Shown one piece after another: positions 10,365-20,386 of a stretch of DNA of 64,000 bases. Numbering within the stretch: the first letter of the stretch is position 1; each line of letters starts with the position of its first letter. The stretch spans positions 96,001 through 160,000 of the forward strand of contig CBDCLE010000025.1 in NCBI GenBank assembly GCA_965218585.1. The letters run 5' to 3'. Source of the stretch: Terriglobia bacterium. GTDB lineage: Bacteria; Acidobacteriota; Terriglobia; 20CM-2-55-15. The position numbers and the translations under genes are program-made. Below the pieces are notes generated by a model. It ran no database searches, had not been told where the DNA came from, and saw only the letters and a list, made by a program, of their open reading frames with translations.

Positions 10365-11012
10365 ATGCTTCGTCCAGAGATATCTTATTCGGATCTTGCC
10401 TCGACAGAGGCCATATCGACTGAAGAAGCACTGTTTGTGCTCCGGCTTCGCGCTAACGAGGACGCGGCCTACGACGAATTGGTCCGAACGTATCACGCGC
10501 CGCTCTATCACGTTGCGTGCCGAATGCTTCAGGACCCCGGCGAGGCTGCCGATGTGACTCAGGACATCTTCGTCAAAGTGTTTCGTAACATCGGAAGATT
10601 CAAGGGTCAGGCCAGTCTCAAAACATGGATATTCAAGATCGGCTTTCGAGAGATCCTGAACCGTATTCGTTGGTCCAGGCGGCGTCACCGCCAATCAACG
10701 GTACCGTTGGAACAAGATTCCTTAGGCGCAGACGAGCGAAGCGCGCCGATTCAGATCGCAGACGAAGGCCCGACGCCCGACGCCGCACTGGAGAGAAGAG
10801 AACGCGAGGAAGCGATTCAGGAAGCTCTCTGGAAGCTTTCATCGGAACATCGATCGATCGTTGTCCTGCGCGATATCCAGGGATTTTCCTACAGCGAGAT
10901 TTCCGAGATCCTTGGCGTCTCCATGGGCACAGTAAAATCCCGACTCGCGCGGGCTCGGATGGAACTTAAGAAACGCCTGATGCGTTATCTGTCAGTGCAA
11001 CGCATCGGCTAA
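10365..11012 (+). CDS. ECF RNA polymerase sigma factor
   Basis: Region 2 AADVTQDIF...FKGQASLKTWIFKI; region 4 SYSEISEILGVSMGTVKSRLARAR. Confidence 0.93.
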   Translation: MLRPEISYSDLASTEAISTEEALFVLRLRANEDAAYDELVRTYHAPLYHVACRMLQDPGEAADVTQDIFVKVFRNIGRFKGQASLKTWIFKIGFREILNRIRWSRRRHRQSTVPLEQDSLGADERSAPIQIADEGPTPDAALERREREEAIQEALWKLSSEHRSIVVLRDIQGFSYSEISEILGVSMGTVKSRLARARMELKKRLMRYLSVQRIG

Positions 11013-11073
11013 TTCTGTGAGAAAAACGATGAAGAATCTCAAATCGATTCTGCGGAAAAGACAGCCTGGGGAA

Positions 11074-11736
11074 ATGCACTGTGAGCAAGCTCAAGAACTC
11101 ATGAGCGCATTCATTGACTCAATGGCGACGCCGGACGAAGCGATCCAGATCGAAACACACGTTTCTGGATGTGAACCGTGTCAGAGACAACTCCAGTCGT
11201 ATGTGTCGGTGAGAAACCTGATGCGCGGCGTCGAAGAACCGGTGCTTCCTGCCGATCTGGTGCTGGAAACGCGCGTTCGACTCTCTCACGAAAGGACCTT
11301 CGATCCCCTGGCATGGGTAGAAACGTGGCTCGCGAATTCTCTGAGGCCGGTCGCACTGCCCGCTCTATTGGGCACGTGCTTTACCTTTCTCTTCTTTGGA
11401 ATGCTGTTGGGCGACCTCGTAGCACCTCCCGTCATCGCATCGGACAACGTGTCGACAGTACCGATCGCGCTATACCAGCGTGTACGCACGACCGATCCGA
11501 CCTTGACTCGTTTCGCAGATAACGGATCAACCCTGTCGGCACCGTTGACGGTAGATATTCTGGTAAGTGGAACTGGCCGAATGATCGACTACACGGTTCT
11601 CGCAGGATCGAGCGACCCGGACATCGACCGCTGGTTGCAGGAATTGCTCTACTATGCGGAGTTCACCCCAGCCAGTCTGTTTGGTCAGCCGGTAAACTCA
11701 AGGATCATCGTCTCGTTCATCGGCGTGAGGAGTTGA
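11074..11736 (+). CDS. Zinc-binding anti-sigma factor (zf-HC2 + one TM helix + TonB-C-like periplasmic domain)
   Basis: MHCEQ...HVSGCEPC (HxxxCxxC), hydrophobic segment PALLGTCFTFLFFGMLL, directly downstream of the ECF gene. Confidence 0.82.
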   Translation: MHCEQAQELMSAFIDSMATPDEAIQIETHVSGCEPCQRQLQSYVSVRNLMRGVEEPVLPADLVLETRVRLSHERTFDPLAWVETWLANSLRPVALPALLGTCFTFLFFGMLLGDLVAPPVIASDNVSTVPIALYQRVRTTDPTLTRFADNGSTLSAPLTVDILVSGTGRMIDYTVLAGSSDPDIDRWLQELLYYAEFTPASLFGQPVNSRIIVSFIGVRS

Positions 11737-12859
11737 CCACGCCGGCAACTGCATCCGCAACTTTTCCGGCTACGTTCCCTGCCCCGAGCTTCCGTCTCAG
11801 TTTCTCGTAGTTGCCACGAATCTCCGACTGTATCCAGACATCATCCATCAGCTTCAGAGTTACTTCTGCAACGTTCGCCTCAGTCATACGGTCCTGATAG
11901 AGTTCAGGTACAACCTTCTCACCAAGAATGATATTGACCAGGCCGAACATCCGAACCTTCAACAGGAACTTCCCCAGTAACCAGGTGGCCCGACCGATCC
12001 GGTAAACAATAACCTCGGGGGTACCCAGCAAAGCAGTTTCCAGTGTAGCCGTGCCGCTGGCAACGATTGCTGCCCTGGAATAACGAATGGCGTCGTAGGT
12101 ATCCCCCTTCACCAATCGGATCGGGCGAGAGCCCAAGAATCCCCGGACAAAATCCTCCGGCAGACCCGTCGCAACAGGAAGAACAAACTGCGTATCTGGC
12201 TTCTCCGCCAGTATCCGATCCACTGCAAGACAAACGGTGGGAAGGATGTAGCGCAACTCCTTGCGCCGGCTTCCTGGAAGTAGCGCAACCAGCGGTTTGT
12301 TGTTGTCCAGACGATACTTTGCAAGGAATGCACCGCGAGCCATTCGGGGGTGCACATTGTCCAGAAGAGGGTGTCCGACAAACTCGACGTCGATGCCGGC
12401 GCGGCGATAGATCTCCTCCTCAAACGGAAGGATCACGAGCATCTTGTCCACAACCTCCCGAATCTGGTTGACCCGTCCCGGACGCCAGGCCCAGATCTGA
12501 GGGCTGATGTAGTACACGACCGGAATCCCCAGCGCCTTCAACCGGCCGGCCAGACGCATATTGAAATCGGGGAAATCAATTAGGACTGCTGCAGAAGGAG
12601 GTTGATCTTCGACAAGGCGGCTCAGATTGCGGAAGACCCGATAAAGGGATCCGAAATGACTGATCGCTTCAAACGGACCCACTACTGCGGTGTGACTGAT
12701 GTCGGCGACCGATTCCACACCGGCGTCGCGCATCCGCTCTCCTCCAAGGCCGAAAATTCGTGAACCTCTGAATTTCCGTTTCAGCGCCCGAGCCACTTCG
12801 GCCCCATACATGTCTCCGGAAGCTTCACCTGCAACGAGGAGGAACTGCTGGGATGTCAC
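11717..12859 (-). CDS. lpxB: Lipid-A-disaccharide synthase
   Basis: AGEASGD, IDFPDFN, SPQIWAWR, VGHPL, LLPGSR and SGTATLE. Confidence 0.96.
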   Translation of the reverse strand: MTSQQFLLVAGEASGDMYGAEVARALKRKFRGSRIFGLGGERMRDAGVESVADISHTAVVGPFEAISHFGSLYRVFRNLSRLVEDQPPSAAVLIDFPDFNMRLAGRLKALGIPVVYYISPQIWAWRPGRVNQIREVVDKMLVILPFEEEIYRRAGIDVEFVGHPLLDNVHPRMARGAFLAKYRLDNNKPLVALLPGSRRKELRYILPTVCLAVDRILAEKPDTQFVLPVATGLPEDFVRGFLGSRPIRLVKGDTYDAIRYSRAAIVASGTATLETALLGTPEVIVYRIGRATWLLGKFLLKVRMFGLVNIILGEKVVPELYQDRMTEANVAEVTLKLMDDVWIQSEIRGNYEKLRRKLGAGNVAGKVADAVAGVVNSSRR

Positions 12860-12869
12860 GAGTGGCCTG

Positions 12870-13442
12870 TCACTGGATAACGTTCTGAACTTCGATAAAC
12901 TGCGGGATGGGGCCCGACACGCTCAACGCTTCAGTCCAGATGAGCGTCCTTCCTTCGACAACAGCCAGGACTATCACCCTGTAGTCGCCCAAGGGAACGC
13001 CGGTGAATTCGAAGCGGCCGTCACGGGACACTTCCCTAAACCACTTCGGGAACTCTTCCCCTAAAGACCTCTGCATCTCCGTAATAACGGATCTCGTTGC
13101 GTCACGATAAGCCCAACCCGCTATTTCGGTGTAGGCGTCCCTGTTTCTGGCAACCACATCGCGATAGCGATTGAAATACAGGTCCAAACCCTGCTGCACA
13201 TCTCTGTTCCAGAACAAGGCCCAATCAGGGGTCATGAGGACGGCGCGTGGCAGATCCGAACCTTCCATGTCGTCGTCGATCGCCACACGCCCAATGATCG
13301 TTCCAACCCTCGAGTCCTGCCCAGAATCTTGCTCGGCCAAAGCTGCACGCGGACCAGCCCCCAGCAAGGCTGCGATCAGAAAGGACAGACCGATTGCCGA
13401 TAATTCCCTCTGTCTCATTAAACGTGTGGTTTCGCCAAACAT
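12870..13442 (-). CDS. Hypothetical exported protein with a carboxypeptidase-regulatory-like C-terminal segment
   Basis: Signal-peptide-like N-terminus; DGRFEFTGVPLGDYRV; co-oriented between murA and lpxB. Confidence 0.6.
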   Translation of the reverse strand: MFGETTRLMRQRELSAIGLSFLIAALLGAGPRAALAEQDSGQDSRVGTIIGRVAIDDDMEGSDLPRAVLMTPDWALFWNRDVQQGLDLYFNRYRDVVARNRDAYTEIAGWAYRDATRSVITEMQRSLGEEFPKWFREVSRDGRFEFTGVPLGDYRVIVLAVVEGRTLIWTEALSVSGPIPQFIEVQNVIQ

Positions 13443-13448
13443 ACCGGA

Positions 13449-14703
13449 CTACTTCAGGCGTTCAATCGAGGCACCAACTGCGGACAACCGCTCGTCGAGC
13501 CGCTCGTAACCACGATCCAGATGATAGACACGGTCGATGACGGTCTCTCCCTCAGCCACCAGGCCGGCCAAGACAAGAGAAGCACTGGCCCGCAGGTCGG
13601 AGGCAATAACATTGGCGCCGCTCAAACGAGTCGGACCTTTGACTATTGCGCGCGCCCCCTCGATTTTGACGTCAGCACCCATCCGAACCAACTCGCTTGC
13701 GTGCATGAAGCGATTCTCAAAGATTCGCTCCGTAATGACTGATGTTCCCGAAGCCTGCGTCATGAGGGCCATGTACTGCGCCTGCATGTCGGTCGCAAAT
13801 CCAGGGTATTCCTTCGTCATCACATCCGCGGCCTTCGGAGCGGAACCGCCGCAGACATGGATGGCATGCCCATCCGTCCTGATCTCGGCTCCAGCTTCGC
13901 TCAGTTTTTCGATGGTGCTGGAAAGCGAAATTGGATCGGCTCCCTGCAGCCTCGAGGTTGCCCTCGGTGATGACTCCAGCGATGAGGAAGGTTCCCGCCT
14001 CGATACGGTCTGGGATCACCCGGTGGCTGGTTCCATTCAACCTGGATACACCTTGAATCGTAATCGTTGATGTGCCGGCACCCTCGACTCGCGCGCCCAT
14101 TCGGTTGAGCAGTAGTGCGAGATCCGAGACCTCCGGCTCACACGCCGCGTTGCGTAGAGTTGTCGTGCCATCGGCGAGCGTCGCGGCCATCATCAGGTTC
14201 TCGGTTCCTGTAACGGTAATCCTATCGAACAAGATATCCGCGCCTCTGAGTCGATCTGCAACGGCCTCGACGTATCCATGGTCGGTTCGAACCTCAGCCC
14301 CGAGTTTCCGGAAACCCCGGATGTGGAGATCGATCGGTCGGGCTCCGATGGCACAGCCACCCGGAAGCGAAACGCGCGCTCGACCGAACCGGGCCAGCAG
14401 TGGCCCTAGCACCAATACAGAGGCTCGCATCGTTTTAACCAATTCGTAGCGCGCTTCACAGGAATCCAGAGCAGCAGCCGATAACGTCGCGCTACGGTCG
14501 CTGGAAACTTCAACGTCGACCCCTAACTCCTCAAGCAGTTTCCGGGTTGTTTGGATGTCGTTTACAAGTGGAAGATTTTGAAGCTCAACGGGTTCCCCCG
14601 TCAGCAGGGTGGCAGCCATCGCAGGCAAGGCCGCATTCTTTGCACCTTGGATGGGCACAATTCCCTCCAAACGTGTACCACCCTGTATCTTCAGTTTGTC
14701 CAT
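13449..14703 (-). CDS. murA: UDP-N-acetylglucosamine 1-carboxyvinyltransferase, with a one-base frameshift near 13950
   Basis: [26 protein letters not shown], then [14 protein letters not shown] and HLDRGY in another frame. Removing one base gives a 417-aa protein. Confidence 0.95.
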
Positions 14704-14750
14704 CTATCCCGATGTCCTCGAGCAAACTATCCTATATTCTAGTCTTCGCT

Positions 14751-15581
14751 ATGAGCCAAGTCGACGACGTTCGGATTCGAAGAGCAGGGGGACTCGAAGA
14801 CTATGAGGCGTGTGTCACTTTGCAGCAAGCCGTCCCTCAGGCTGCCCCGTCGGAGGACATTGTCGGCCTGACTTTTCTGGTAGCTGGGAACAGCTACGGA
14901 GGCAGCCTTCTGCTCGCAGAGGAGGCTGACGGGCAGCTTGCCGGTTTCTCTTTCGCCCTGTTGTGCCGTACTCCCGAGGATGGCGGGTTGTTCTGGTGGT
15001 CTCAGCTAACGCTGGTCGCACGTGAAGCTCAAGGGAAAGATGTCCACTTTCAGCTGAAGCTGGCCCAGCGGAAAGATGCGCTCGAAAATGGTATTCATGA
15101 AATTCGCTGGACTGTCGATCCCTTGCGGGCAACGAGCGCTCACCTCAACCTCCGGAAGCTCGGAGCGGTCTCGCACGTACTGGAAGAGAACGCCTACGGT
15201 TTCCCTCCCAACCCTCTCGAACGGGCTCTTCCCACGGATCGCCTTCATGTCGAATGGCATCTGAATTCAAACAGGGTCACGAACCGGCTAAGCGGCTCCG
15301 CGGGACTCATCTTCCGCGACTTAGACGGCTTGATACGCGTTTTTGAGGTCCACGAGGGAAGCCCGGGACCTCCGGATCTCACATTCGAAGAAAGTCTTCT
15401 ATTGTTGGAAATTCCGACAGATTTCGAGGCCGTGAAAGAAGCGAACCTGGCCTCAGCATGGCAGGACATCCTCCGCAAGACGTTCCACCACTATTTCGAA
15501 CAGGGCTATGCCGTCACAGATTTCATGATGGTAGATAAACCTCGTCCCAAGGCGTTCTATGTACTGGAAAAGACCGAGTGA
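14751..15581 (+). CDS. GNAT-superfamily acetyltransferase (COG3375-like)
   Basis: LKLAQR...WTVDPL...NLRKLGA...ENAYG...PTDRL. Confidence 0.75.
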   Translation: MSQVDDVRIRRAGGLEDYEACVTLQQAVPQAAPSEDIVGLTFLVAGNSYGGSLLLAEEADGQLAGFSFALLCRTPEDGGLFWWSQLTLVAREAQGKDVHFQLKLAQRKDALENGIHEIRWTVDPLRATSAHLNLRKLGAVSHVLEENAYGFPPNPLERALPTDRLHVEWHLNSNRVTNRLSGSAGLIFRDLDGLIRVFEVHEGSPGPPDLTFEESLLLLEIPTDFEAVKEANLASAWQDILRKTFHHYFEQGYAVTDFMMVDKPRPKAFYVLEKTE

Positions 15582-15595
15582 TTAGTTTCGCCAGT

Positions 15596-16972
15596 TTATC
15601 GCGAGAAAATGACTTGAGCGTTTCCGAAATCGATGGTGACCCGGTACTCCTTCAGAAAATCGTACCCGACAATTCCTGCAACCTCGATGCCCAGGATTTT
15701 TGAGATTTCATCCATATCGATCGCTACCATCAACGGAAACGACGCCTGAAACTCTTCGGTCGAGAGCGCTACTCCGGGCACGGGCAGGGCAACCCCGCCA
15801 ACACCGGCAATGCCTGCCAGTCCGAGATTGATTCCGCCTCCGGAGTTGTCTTCGGTGACGCCGAGCGCTGCAGCGGTACTATGGGAAAGCACAGAAGTGA
15901 CGGCGCCCGTATCAACTAGAAACAATCCTTCATAATCACCGTTAACCCGAAGCGGCACGAATACCAGATTGCTGAAAAACCAACCGGGCACACTTTCGCC
16001 GAGGCTCTCTTCCGCTACATTGGATACATTTAATTCAATCACCGAGTTCGGATAGTCGATGGAAACAATTTCGTTGCTGAAAGTGGCCGTGCTGAAGATC
16101 CCGTCCGTCAGCTCCCCCAACAGAGGATCCGATAGGGTCCCAACCGGCAGATTCTGAACCTCGATACCGCCGATGGTTAATTCGTCGACCCGATAAATAC
16201 CGCTTTCCACGCGCCCGTCCCCACCGATTCCGTATATCAGCGTGGAAGTGATTGGCGTCAATCCCAGTTCCCCAAGCAATCGTTCGGTAAAAACCGTTTG
16301 AGAGGCACCCGAATCGACTATGAATTCGAACGGCCCCTCGGCCCCAACCGTGACTTCCGCAAATATCAGGTTCAAACCCTGCGAGACAGTGATCCGGCCG
16401 GTCTCACCAGACAGTTCGTAAGCCCCCATCTGGACAGACCCGAAGTCCTTGATGACTTCCAACACAGCTTCCACCTGTCCGAGCTTCTCCGGGTCATACG
16501 TCGGGTTGAGATCCACATAGGCCTCCAGCTCTCGAACCTGCTCTTGGACGTCCCCCTCATAGGCGTACGCATCCGCGAGAGCAAGCCGGTAAATCGCCAC
16601 ATCAGGCGCCAGCCGGACGGCTCTGGACAGAGAATCGATTGCCTCGCCGAGCCTCACTTTTCCCATGAAGAGCTTCCCAAGACCAAAATGGGCACGGGCA
16701 GTGTCGGGATCCAGATCCAGAGCACGCGAATAGTAATCGCGGGAGGTGTCGAACCGAGCCTTCCTGAATTCAATTTCCCCTTTAAACGCAAGGACATCCG
16801 CGCCTTCCGGCAATGAATCGAGGATGGTTTCCGCTTCGCCGATGGCATCGGCCAACAGAAGACTCGAGACTTCCTCGATCGGAGCCTCGGTCCCCTGTTG
16901 GCTGAAACCCAGAAAAGGAAGCGTCAGGAGGAGAAAAACAGCGCTCAGTGTGCCACGGGGGCTGCTTGACAT
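15596..16972 (-). CDS. Exported TPR protein with two retropepsin-like aspartyl protease domains
   Basis: Signal peptide, TPR repeats, catalytic motifs FIVDSGAS and FLVDTGAV, closing motif GIVGYDFL. Confidence 0.85.
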   Translation of the reverse strand: MSSSPRGTLSAVFLLLTLPFLGFSQQGTEAPIEEVSSLLLADAIGEAETILDSLPEGADVLAFKGEIEFRKARFDTSRDYYSRALDLDPDTARAHFGLGKLFMGKVRLGEAIDSLSRAVRLAPDVAIYRLALADAYAYEGDVQEQVRELEAYVDLNPTYDPEKLGQVEAVLEVIKDFGSVQMGAYELSGETGRITVSQGLNLIFAEVTVGAEGPFEFIVDSGASQTVFTERLLGELGLTPITSTLIYGIGGDGRVESGIYRVDELTIGGIEVQNLPVGTLSDPLLGELTDGIFSTATFSNEIVSIDYPNSVIELNVSNVAEESLGESVPGWFFSNLVFVPLRVNGDYEGLFLVDTGAVTSVLSHSTAAALGVTEDNSGGGINLGLAGIAGVGGVALPVPGVALSTEEFQASFPLMVAIDMDEISKILGIEVAGIVGYDFLKEYRVTIDFGNAQVIFSR

Positions 16973-16995
16973 GATGTTCAGTCTCCGTTTATTAT
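16966..16995 (+). promoter_or_regulatory. Sigma70 promoter of the rplM operon
   Basis: TTGACA-N18-TATTAT, ending 36 bp before the rplM ATG. Confidence 0.6.
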
Positions 16996-17031
16996 CAGAA
17001 CTTTGCGTACACGTTAGGGGAGAGTCCAAGT

Positions 17032-17463
17032 ATGCCCACGCGTTTCTTAACTAAGGCTGAAGCCGCCGCCGATGATCAGTGGTTCGTCATCGATGCAGCT
17101 GATCAGGTACTCGGCCGTCTTGCCACCAAAGTCGCAACTCTTCTGAGCGGCAAGCACAAGGCGGGCTATGCCCCGTTCTTAATAACAGGCGATCACGTCA
17201 TTATTATCAACGCCAATAAGATTAGACTGACTGGACGAAAATTGGACCAGAAAATCTACTATCGACACACGGGATACCTCGGCGGACTGAAAGAGGTATC
17301 TGCACGTCGCATGTTCGAGGGCCGGCCCGAGCGCCTCGTCGAGGAGGCCGTGCTCGGCATGCTGCCCAAGAACAAATTGCGCAAAAGGATGGCTAAACGG
17401 CTTCGCGTATATGCGGGAGCGGAACATCCACATGCGGCGCAGAAACCCGAGGTCATCTCATAA
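17032..17463 (+). CDS. rplM: 50S ribosomal protein L13
   Basis: WFVIDA...LGRLA...GKHK...GDHVIIINA...GMLPKN. Confidence 0.98.
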   Translation: MPTRFLTKAEAAADDQWFVIDAADQVLGRLATKVATLLSGKHKAGYAPFLITGDHVIIINANKIRLTGRKLDQKIYYRHTGYLGGLKEVSARRMFEGRPERLVEEAVLGMLPKNKLRKRMAKRLRVYAGAEHPHAAQKPEVIS

Positions 17464-17479
17464 TCCCTGTGGAGGTTGA

Positions 17480-17872
17480 TTGAGCTTAGTTCAGTATTAC
17501 GGTACGGGCCGGAGGAAGACGTCCACGGCCCGAGTTTTTCTGAGACCCGGAACCGGAAACATTAAGGTAAACGGTCGGCCTTTCGAGACGCATTTCTTCG
17601 ATGAAGTCCATCGGATGATCATCCGGCAGCCTCTCCAACTCTGCGACTCCCTGGACAAATTCGACATCCTGATCACCGTCAAGGGCGGCGGTGTCACCGG
17701 TCAGGCAGGAGCGGTCCGGCACGGATTGTCGAGAGCTCTGGTTGAAGCCAACACCGAGTTCAGGCCGGGATTGAAGAAGGCAGGGTTTCTCACTCGCGAT
17801 CCGCGGATGGTGGAGCGTAAAAAATACGGTCAGCCAGGAGCCCGAAAGCGGTTCCAGTTCTCGAAACGGTAA
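17480..17872 (+). CDS. rpsI: 30S ribosomal protein S9 (TTG start)
   Basis: GTGRRK...[10 protein letters not shown]...ERKKYG...QFSKR; GGAGG upstream. Confidence 0.98.
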   Translation: MSLVQYYGTGRRKTSTARVFLRPGTGNIKVNGRPFETHFFDEVHRMIIRQPLQLCDSLDKFDILITVKGGGVTGQAGAVRHGLSRALVEANTEFRPGLKKAGFLTRDPRMVERKKYGQPGARKRFQFSKR

Positions 17873-17882
17873 TTAACCAGGA

Positions 17883-17912
17883 GCCCGGGACCGATCTCCC
17901 GGGCAATTTTTT
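17883..17912 (+). terminator. Intrinsic terminator/attenuator between rpsI and rpsB
   Basis: GCCCGGGA-ccgatc-TCCCGGGC followed by AATTTTTT. Confidence 0.65.
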
Positions 17913-17963
17913 GTTCTCTTCTGGAGACAGAGAACGAACAAATCTTTTGTTACGGAGGTCTAT

Positions 17964-18878
17964 TTGGTATCTATCACAATGAAGGAGCTTCTGGAGGCAG
18001 GCGTACACTTTGGCCACCAGACCAAACGCTGGAACCCGAAAATGAAATCGTACATTTTCGGAGAACGTAACGGCATCTACATCATCGACCTGCAGAAGAC
18101 CCTCCACCTTTTCAAGGAAGCAACTCAGTTCGTTACAGAGCTTGCCGCTCAGGGAAAGACATTCCTTTTCGTTGGGACCAAACGCCAGGCACAGGATGCA
18201 ATCGCCGAAGAGTCGCAGCGGTGCGGCATGTTTTATGTAAACCAACGCTGGCTCGGTGGCCTGCTCACCAACTTCACAACCATCCAGAAATCTGTACGAC
18301 GACTCAAAGATTTGGAGGCAATGAAAGAAGACGGGCGCTATGAACTGCTACCGAAAAAGGAAGTCCTAAGGCTAGAGCGACTCCGAAAAGCTCTCGACAA
18401 GAACCTCTCAGGCGTCAAGAACATGTCCAGTCTGCCGGATGCTATCTTTATCATCGATTCCCGACGGGAAGAGATTGCCGTAGCTGAGGCGCGAAGACTG
18501 AAAATTCCTGTAATGGCGATAGTCGACACCAATTGCGATCCCGAACTGATCGACCACGTGATTCCCGGTAACGACGACGCATTGCGAGCAATCCGCCTCT
18601 TTACTTCAAGGATCGCAGATTCAATCCTCGAAGGGCAGGCTCTCGCTTCGAAGGCGAAAGCGGACGCGGAAGAGGAACAGGCTGAACAGACCGGAGAAGA
18701 AGCTGCCCCGCCAGAAACGGCGACTGCGAAGGCAAGCACAGCCGATCCCCAGCCAGCGAATACTCCGGAGGTAACCGAGGCAGCGGCTGAAACAACGACG
18801 GCCTCATCTGCGGCGCCGGAAGAATCGGGTGCAGAGGATTCGGTGAAGACGACAGACGAGACGCCCGCGACAACGTGA
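17964..18878 (+). CDS. rpsB: 30S ribosomal protein S2 (TTG start; long acidic Ala/Thr/Glu-rich tail)
   Basis: [27 protein letters not shown] and IPGNDDA. Confidence 0.98.
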   Translation: MVSITMKELLEAGVHFGHQTKRWNPKMKSYIFGERNGIYIIDLQKTLHLFKEATQFVTELAAQGKTFLFVGTKRQAQDAIAEESQRCGMFYVNQRWLGGLLTNFTTIQKSVRRLKDLEAMKEDGRYELLPKKEVLRLERLRKALDKNLSGVKNMSSLPDAIFIIDSRREEIAVAEARRLKIPVMAIVDTNCDPELIDHVIPGNDDALRAIRLFTSRIADSILEGQALASKAKADAEEEQAEQTGEEAAPPETATAKASTADPQPANTPEVTEAAAETTTASSAAPEESGAEDSVKTTDETPATT

Positions 18879-18924
18879 CCTGCCCGCAGCGCGATTGTTC
18901 AGGTTCAGCGAGTTAAATATACGA

Positions 18925-18957
18925 AGGCGGAAATTGAAGATTTTCGCCTATTTTTTT
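18925..18957 (+). terminator. Intrinsic terminator/attenuator between rpsB and tsf
   Basis: AGGCGGAAAT-tgaag-ATTTTCGCCT followed by ATTTTTTT. Confidence 0.6.
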
Positions 18958-18975
18958 GTAAGGAGTTGAGACTCG

Positions 18976-19626
18976 ATGGCGATCAATGCCCAGCAAGTTA
19001 AGGAACTGCGCGAAAAGACGGGCGCCGGGATGATGGACTGTAAGAACGCTCTGACGGAAAGCGAAGGCGATATCGAAAAGGCGATCGTCCTGCTCCGCAA
19101 GAAGGGCCTTGCGGCCGCTCAAAAGAAAGCGACTCGTGTGGCGGCCGAAGGAATGATCGGACACTATATCCACGGCGGTGGCACTCTAGGTGTCCTGATC
19201 GAAGTGAACTGTGAGACAGATTTCGCAGCCCGAAACGATGACTTTCAGGCTCTCGTCAAAGATCTCGCTATGCATGTCGCGGCACAGAACCCGGCCTATG
19301 TTCGCCGGGAAGAGGTACCGGAAGACATCGTTAACCGGGAAAAAGAGATTTACAGGGATCAGGCACGTAGTTCTGGAAAGCCGGAGCAGATTATCGATAA
19401 AATCGCGGAAGGCAAGCTGGGAGCTTTTTTTAAAGCCTCGTGCTTGTACGAACAGGAGTTTGTCAAGGACACCTCGTTAACCGTTGAGGAACTCATCAAT
19501 AATCTGACCGGTAAGATCGGCGAAAAGATCCAGGTCAGAAGGTTCGTGCGACTTAAGACGGGCGAAGGACTGGAGAAACGAGTGACAGACCTGGCTGCGG
19601 AAGTTCAAGAACAGTTGGGTGGCTAA
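18976..19626 (+). CDS. tsf: Elongation factor Ts (short form)
   Basis: VKELREKTGAGMMDCK and EVNCETDF. Confidence 0.98.
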   Translation: MAINAQQVKELREKTGAGMMDCKNALTESEGDIEKAIVLLRKKGLAAAQKKATRVAAEGMIGHYIHGGGTLGVLIEVNCETDFAARNDDFQALVKDLAMHVAAQNPAYVRREEVPEDIVNREKEIYRDQARSSGKPEQIIDKIAEGKLGAFFKASCLYEQEFVKDTSLTVEELINNLTGKIGEKIQVRRFVRLKTGEGLEKRVTDLAAEVQEQLGG

Positions 19627-19641
19627 TCGCAGGATCTTTCT

Positions 19642-20352
19642 ATGAAGACTCGGTACCAGCGCGTTCTGCTGAAGTTGAGCGGTGAATCGCTCATGGGTTC
19701 ACAACCGTTCGGTATCGACCCTGAGATCGTCGCGGGCATCGCCCGCCAGGTGAAAGATGTTCACAGCCTCGGCGTTGAAATCGGGATCGTCATCGGTGGT
19801 GGCAACATTTTTCGCGGACTCGCAGCAAGCGAACGAGGCTTCGACCGGGTCTCTGCTGACCATATGGGAATGCTAGCGACCGTGATGAACGCGTTAGCCA
19901 TGCAGGATGCCCTGGAAAACGCCGAAGTCCATACGCGAGTCCTCTCCGCAATCGAAATGCGGCAGGTAGCCGAGCCCTATATCCGACGTCGAGCGGTCCG
20001 GCACCTCGAAAAAGGGCGCGTCGTCGTCTTTGCTGCAGGAACGGGAAACCCATATTTCTCAACCGACACTACCGCCGCCTTACGCGCCATGGAAATAAAG
20101 GCGGAAGTCATCATGAAAGCCACTCGGGTCAACGGCATCTACGATGCCGACCCTGAAACCGTGCCAGATGCCAAGATGTTCCCCGAAATCTCCTATCTCG
20201 ATGTCCTTACCCAGGGCCTCCGTGTTATGGACACGACAGCAATATCCTTGTGTATGGATAACAATCTTCCGATCATCGTCTTCAACATCAAGGAAGAGGG
20301 AAACATCAAGCGCGTCGTGCTCGGGGAAAAGATAGGATCGCTCGTTCAGTAG
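19642..20352 (+). CDS. pyrH: UMP kinase
   Basis: [15 protein letters not shown] and GNPYFSTDT. Confidence 0.98.
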   Translation: MKTRYQRVLLKLSGESLMGSQPFGIDPEIVAGIARQVKDVHSLGVEIGIVIGGGNIFRGLAASERGFDRVSADHMGMLATVMNALAMQDALENAEVHTRVLSAIEMRQVAEPYIRRRAVRHLEKGRVVVFAAGTGNPYFSTDTTAALRAMEIKAEVIMKATRVNGIYDADPETVPDAKMFPEISYLDVLTQGLRVMDTTAISLCMDNNLPIIVFNIKEEGNIKRVVLGEKIGSLVQ

Positions 20353-20386
20353 CCAGCTCGTCCGTGCAGTCCTGGAGGTTATTGCC

